A stretch of 64,000 nt of DNA, from positions 11,906,001-11,970,000 of the forward strand of contig OZ076409.1 of the NCBI GenBank assembly GCA_964187785.1. Direction: 5' to 3'. Below are positions 59,065-64,000 of this stretch, piece by piece. The stretch's first letter is position 1. Every line of letters begins with the position of its first letter. Made by a program: the position numbers and the translations under genes. The notes beneath the pieces were generated by a model that saw only the letters and a list, made by a program, of their open reading frames with translations, did no database searches and was not told where the DNA came from. Origin of the DNA: Amphiscolops sp. MND2022 (Eukaryota).

Positions 59065-60578
59065 TGTCGCAGGCTGCCGCCTGTGACGGCGTGGCTTACC
59101 AAATAACCCCGGAAAATGATCTCAACAACCCAGGACTAGGTGTCCTGCCAATATAAAATAAACACTTAGAACTCATGTGATATACTACTATATATTGTTG
59201 CATTACTCAATACACAATAATCATAATCATTGGGTGCTTAAATTACATGTGATTCACAATTATTTCAATATGTTGACCTAAGGTCAGTTTGATGGCAATC
59301 ACTCACTTTAGTATACTAAAGTGTCAAAACGTTAGCGAAACACCCTACTCATTTGCAAATTATTGTATCAGTGCTAATACAAAACCTGTTGCAGTTAAAA
59401 TACCAATGTGAAGTTGACGTAGTTAATATCAACTAGTAAAGAGTGAAGACAATGCATTCACCTGCCACTATGTTGCTGCCGGGTCGACGCGCAGTACGCT
59501 GTACCCTTGTCCAAATAAATATAGCAAAATGTATTTAGTTGCCGCCACGTGGACGCAAGGTCCACTTAGCCGATAAAAGTTAGATGTTGTTCCCCAGTGC
59601 ATGAAATGTTGCTTACTAGTATTAGCATACTTTAACATAACTGCCGCTTCTATTTATAGAATTTTGGATTAGTGACGTAATATCTCTAGTGACGCCATGT
59701 TCTATTTATAATATCTGTGATGTCATAGTTAGATTGATCGCTATTTTTATAATGATGTCATTCCTATTTTTACTTAATGACACTCAGAATATTGAGTGTC
59801 ACGGATGTAAAAGTATAAATAGGAGGAATTTGTTACTAGAAATTCATTCAATACCTGCTTTGTGATACAATTGACACTGTTGATACAATTCTGATCATTC
59901 GAAATTTACTGTTGAAACGTTATTTTCTTATTGACATGCCTTCTACCAGGAAGCAGAAAGCTAAAGAAAAGCGAGCAAGACAATCTGACGTAATGTCAGA
60001 CGTAGAAAACCTTGATATAATGCTTGGAAGTTATTCCAGAGATGCACAAGTAGAGCAAGGTAACATTAGTGACGTTGAAGGGGACTTTGAGTCTGATAGA
60101 CGCCAACAGAGCACCGACTTAGTCGAAGGAAACTTCAGGTCACTCTTGAATACCAATGTAAGTGAAAATAGTGAAATTACGGCTGAAACTATGAGAGCAA
60201 TTAACTCAGAAATTTCATCGCAAATGTCCAGAAAATTAGATGAAATGAAATCAGATTTGAATTTGCAAATAATGGATGCTATAAACTCAGCAATTCAGGA
60301 AAAGGTACTTCCCTCCATTGAAAATACGTTAAATTCGGTTAAAACCACTCAAAACACAAAATGGGACATTCGGTCAGATGGACGGCATTCCAGTTTAGTA
60401 GGACAGTCTGCCTCCAATAGTGACCCTCGGTCAAGTGGACGGCACCAAAGCGCACAAGCACCGTTAGACTTGAAATCAAGTGGAAATCGGCCAAAATCTA
60501 ACCTTAAAGAGAGTAACCTTTACAATCGCTCCAGAGATAGTTCCGTAGATTCTATTGAGAGCGATGTCGTTTACGACA
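59065..60578 (+). repeat. Inferred 5' LTR of element C (about 1.51 kb)
   Basis: TGTCG...CGACA inverted termini, followed directly by PBS-like TGGTGACAGGAG (60579-60590). Confidence 0.65.
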
Positions 60579-61715
60579 TGGTGACAGGAGCCAAACTTAC
60601 CCCACATATAGTCCCAGAATTCCTGACTATGATTCCTGACTATTCCTGAACATCAACAAAACGATGATAATGACGACACGCTGGATACAACCCTTCCAGC
60701 ACAACAACCAATACGTACCAACACCACGGAGGGCATCACCGAACCTCCAGTTGACCCCATTAATAGACTTGCAGATGTGATTATGGGGATGAATACGAAA
60801 CCATCCACACAAACCCTCATGGTACGCCCAGTCAATACCACAACACTGACCTTCGACGGCAAATCTGAAAAGTTTGAACTGTTTGAGGATCTTTTCCACA
60901 CGATGATAAAGATGCAACCAGACATGTCGGAAGCAATGAAAATTAACCATTTTTACTCACTGCTCCGCAAAAATGCATTGCAGACATTCCGCAACATCAG
61001 TTCGGCAAACAGACAAACTCTCGAGAATGTCCTAGCCGTCTTTCGCAGTAAATATGTGAAACCAGAGTCCCAGGCAACGGCCAAACACAAATGACATAAA
61101 CTGGTTTTTGACCCAAATACCATGAAATTACCTGACTTTTTAGAAGAACTCAACCAAGGCGCTGAGAAAGCCTTCAGTGAACACGCACAAGCCATGATTG
61201 ACAGCCTGCTATACGCCAAACTACCACCAAAACTCAAACGTTCAGTCAATATGGCGCGATTAGAGAACGCTACATATGAAGAAATTGTCACTCACTTAGA
61301 ACGTGAGCTCGAACTTAATGGACTTGAGGAAGGCGACGACATTCCCGTTCCCACAATGTCCACCACCCCGACAACAACACGATCGGGTAAAGGCGTCCTT
61401 TCTTCTGGCATTGACCCAAACGTCACTTGCAACTATTGCAAGAAACTGGGACATGTCAAGGACGATTGCAGAAAATTGAAAAGAAAGGAAGAACAAAAGC
61501 TCAACGATGGGCAGGGCACCAAAAGGGAGTACCCGAAATGCCCGACTTGTGGCAAAAAAAACCACCCGGCCGAACGATGTTGGAAAGGAGCTGGAGCCCA
61601 CCTCAAGCCCAAAAACCTCAAACTGCATAACGACCAACCTGAGGAATCGACTTCCAGTCAAAAAGACGATACAAACAAACAGAATACTTCCATCCTTAAA
61701 AACTCAAAAAACTAA
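59936..61715 (+). pseudogene. gag: Element C gag (frameshift near 60630, TGG>TGA at 61092)
   Basis: Collinear with element A gag; CNYCKKLGHVKDDC and CPTCGKKNHPAERC knuckles. Confidence 0.88.
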
Positions 61716-64000
61716 ATTTGCCACGACTTCACATTAACGAAAAACTGCGGGTCAGACAATATATAATATCTGACCCCCCTTTTGTTTATTATACTGAATA
61801 TTATTCATCACTTCGACAAAACTCATCAGCTGACTGGCAGCAGCAGGTGAAAAAAACTCCTATCAATTTACTTGACTCAGACCTTCTGTCCAATAGACTA
61901 CAATGTAACACCACTACCATACGGCCCATACCCCTCATAGATGAATATAATCCATACTACCCTGACCCAGACTTTGGTTTTGACCTTTATTGGGACGCTC
62001 AGATCTACAACCAACCTCATCTCTATTTCTACAACAATTCCAACCCAAATGATTCAAGCAAAGAACCCGATTCATATAACGATGGTCGAAATCTCAACCT
62101 AGCTCTGACCAAGGCTCTGATAGACCCTTGGCAAACTAAAAGGACTACCAAGTTGGCGGTTCAGGAAGACCCCGCGCAAGACTCTTCTCAAGACGGACCT
62201 GTGGTCACCCTCACTGCAACCGTCGAAGAACGCTTTGTGAACACGCTCATCTCACGAGACGGTGAACCCGACTATGTTCCGTTGACAACAAACCTCGGAC
62301 TAAAATATAAAAGACGCATGCTCTATTTTCCAATGGATTTTGGCGAACTCACATTAGATGGCCTTATAGACACGGGAGCCCTATCTAGCGCGATCCCAGA
62401 TGCTGATCTACGGAAAATCCGATTACTTGCCCCTCAATCAATAGTTAAAGAGGGCCCAGCTCCCAATTTCCAAATCATGGTTGCAAATGGACAACTGGAG
62501 ACTCCCAAGAGCACTGTCGAACTCAAATTTGAAGTCGGGGACATCGAATTCCACGAGATATTCATAGTCATGGAAAAGCTCACAAGTCCATTAATTGGTC
62601 TCTCATTCCTTCAACGGAATAATACCATCCTGGATATGCGACAGGGAGTCCTAAACTTCCCATTCTTTTCCATGCAATTGAAAACAGCGGATCACAAGTA
62701 CACCAATGTCATGGAAACCCGTCAGTATACGCGAGGACATAACTATCCCGCCCAATGACAGACACATGGTTTCCATGTACTCCAATATATATGCAGACAC
62801 TAATGTCACAGAAATCCTTCAACCGAGCAACGCCCTCACTGAGGACGGAGACATAGCCTTCTGCGCTGCTCTAGTCACACTGACTCAAGGTCAGGTTTCG
62901 ATTCATGTGAATAATTTCACTGATCAACCCTATACCCTTAAACGGGGGTTGGACATTGCCAATTTCTCTGTCATGACGCCAGAGCAAATGAAATACGTCA
63001 AACCTATTGACGCTGTGACCACATGGCACCTTTTACAAGATAATCCAGAAAATGCTGCCTATTACGCCAGTAGTTTAATCAAATCTACAAAAACTGAGGA
63101 AGACCAAGGAAACTATTGGTTTCCTACTCCAGAGGAGCCTGGTGATCCCCAGCTCCATACTCCAATTCAGCAAAGAATCTTGAAGGAGTTAAAAAACCTT
63201 CAAGAGCTGGAAAAACTCAACCCTCAGGACGACCCTGAGTCCAGAACACAATTCATTGCTAATTTTGACTGGACAGACTCCACGTTACAACCAGACGAAA
63301 TTGCCCAAATTGAGGAGCTACTTGTCGAATTCCATGACATATTTGCAAGACATCGATTTGATATAGGCATGAACGAGGATTTCAAGGTCAAGCTCACACC
63401 CAAAGATGAATCCCCAGCCTATAGCCAAAGTCTTCCAACACCGATTAATCTCAAAGAAGACATTCTAGTCGAATTGGCACTATTGCATCGATATGGAATC
63501 ATAACAACGCTTCCATTCTCTAAATATGCAAGTCCAATCTTTGCCCAGAAAAAACCAAACGGCAAATTACGACTTTTGGTCGATCTTCGCAAAATTAATA
63601 ACCTCATCTCTGATGATTATATTAACAACAATCATCCTGTGAGTACCTTAACAGACGCCGCACATCATATGGCAGGTAAACGATTGTTCTGCAAATTAGA
63701 CTGTTCACAAGCGTATCACTGCCTACAAATGGCGGACCAGAGGTCCATTGAGATGCTTGCATTCAACTTTGCTAGCAGGACCTTCGCATACCGCCGACTG
63801 GCGCAAGGCCTCAGCAGAGCCCTTTCTGCCTTTTCAAGCTTTATGCGTGAATACTTGGACAAAGTGATCAAAGCTGACCAATGCGCAGAGTACGTCGATG
63901 ATATCGGAATTGCAGCAAACACGACTGAACAACTGATTAGAAACCTCCGAGCGACGTTTCAGTGCATCCGAAATGCAGGGCTCAAACTCACGATGCACAA
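61706..64000 (+). pseudogene. pol: Element C pol (pre-protease domain, protease, RT start), one frameshift near 62720
   Basis: -1 frame relative to gag; LIDTGA protease; RT SKYASPIF..KLRLLVDLRKIN..YVDD. Confidence 0.88.

Larger units (their letters stand above)
59065..64000 (+). mobile_element. Ty3/gypsy LTR retrotransposon (element C), same lineage as A, truncated by the window end
   Basis: Starts TGTCGCAGGCTGCC (element A: TGTCACAGGCTGCC); gag, protease LIDTGA, RT LDCSQAY...YVDD. Confidence 0.92.

Noticed and set aside
1..64000. Prokaryotic systems (operons, CRISPR-Cas, defence islands)
   Set aside because: Spliceosomal introns, LTR/LINE elements and animal-type genes show this is eukaryotic DNA.

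Overview
AT-rich, repeat-dense eukaryotic (animal) genomic DNA; the repeat and intron style suggests an invertebrate, possibly an acoel, but this cannot be proven from the window. Host genes reconstructed by hand: ING3-like (4 coding exons, minus), a Lag1/TLC ceramide synthase (single coding exon, minus), a 12-exon cytochrome P450 (plus, CYP46/clan-4-like, one probable GC-AG intron), ITPA and an SRSF7/SRSF3-like SR protein (both single coding exon, minus). Mobile DNA: a full-length but frameshifted Mag-like Ty3/gypsy element with 198-bp LTRs and a 5-bp TSD; two related long-LTR Ty3/gypsy elements (one internally deleted, one running off the window end); a frameshifted Tc1 transposon; a LINE remnant; and many hAT-, MULE-, EnSpm- and Helentron(HINE)-type non-autonomous elements. 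Main discovery candidate: in both long-LTR gypsy elements, an LTR-end plus primer-binding-site signature (TACGACA|TGGTGACAGGAG) sits about 200 codons inside the gag ORF. This implies that the 1.5-2.2 kb LTR itself encodes a conserved protein region fused to Gag. The same lineage also shows a -1 frameshift signal with a covarying hairpin, an unknown pre-protease domain, and a pyrimidine tract where the PPT should be.
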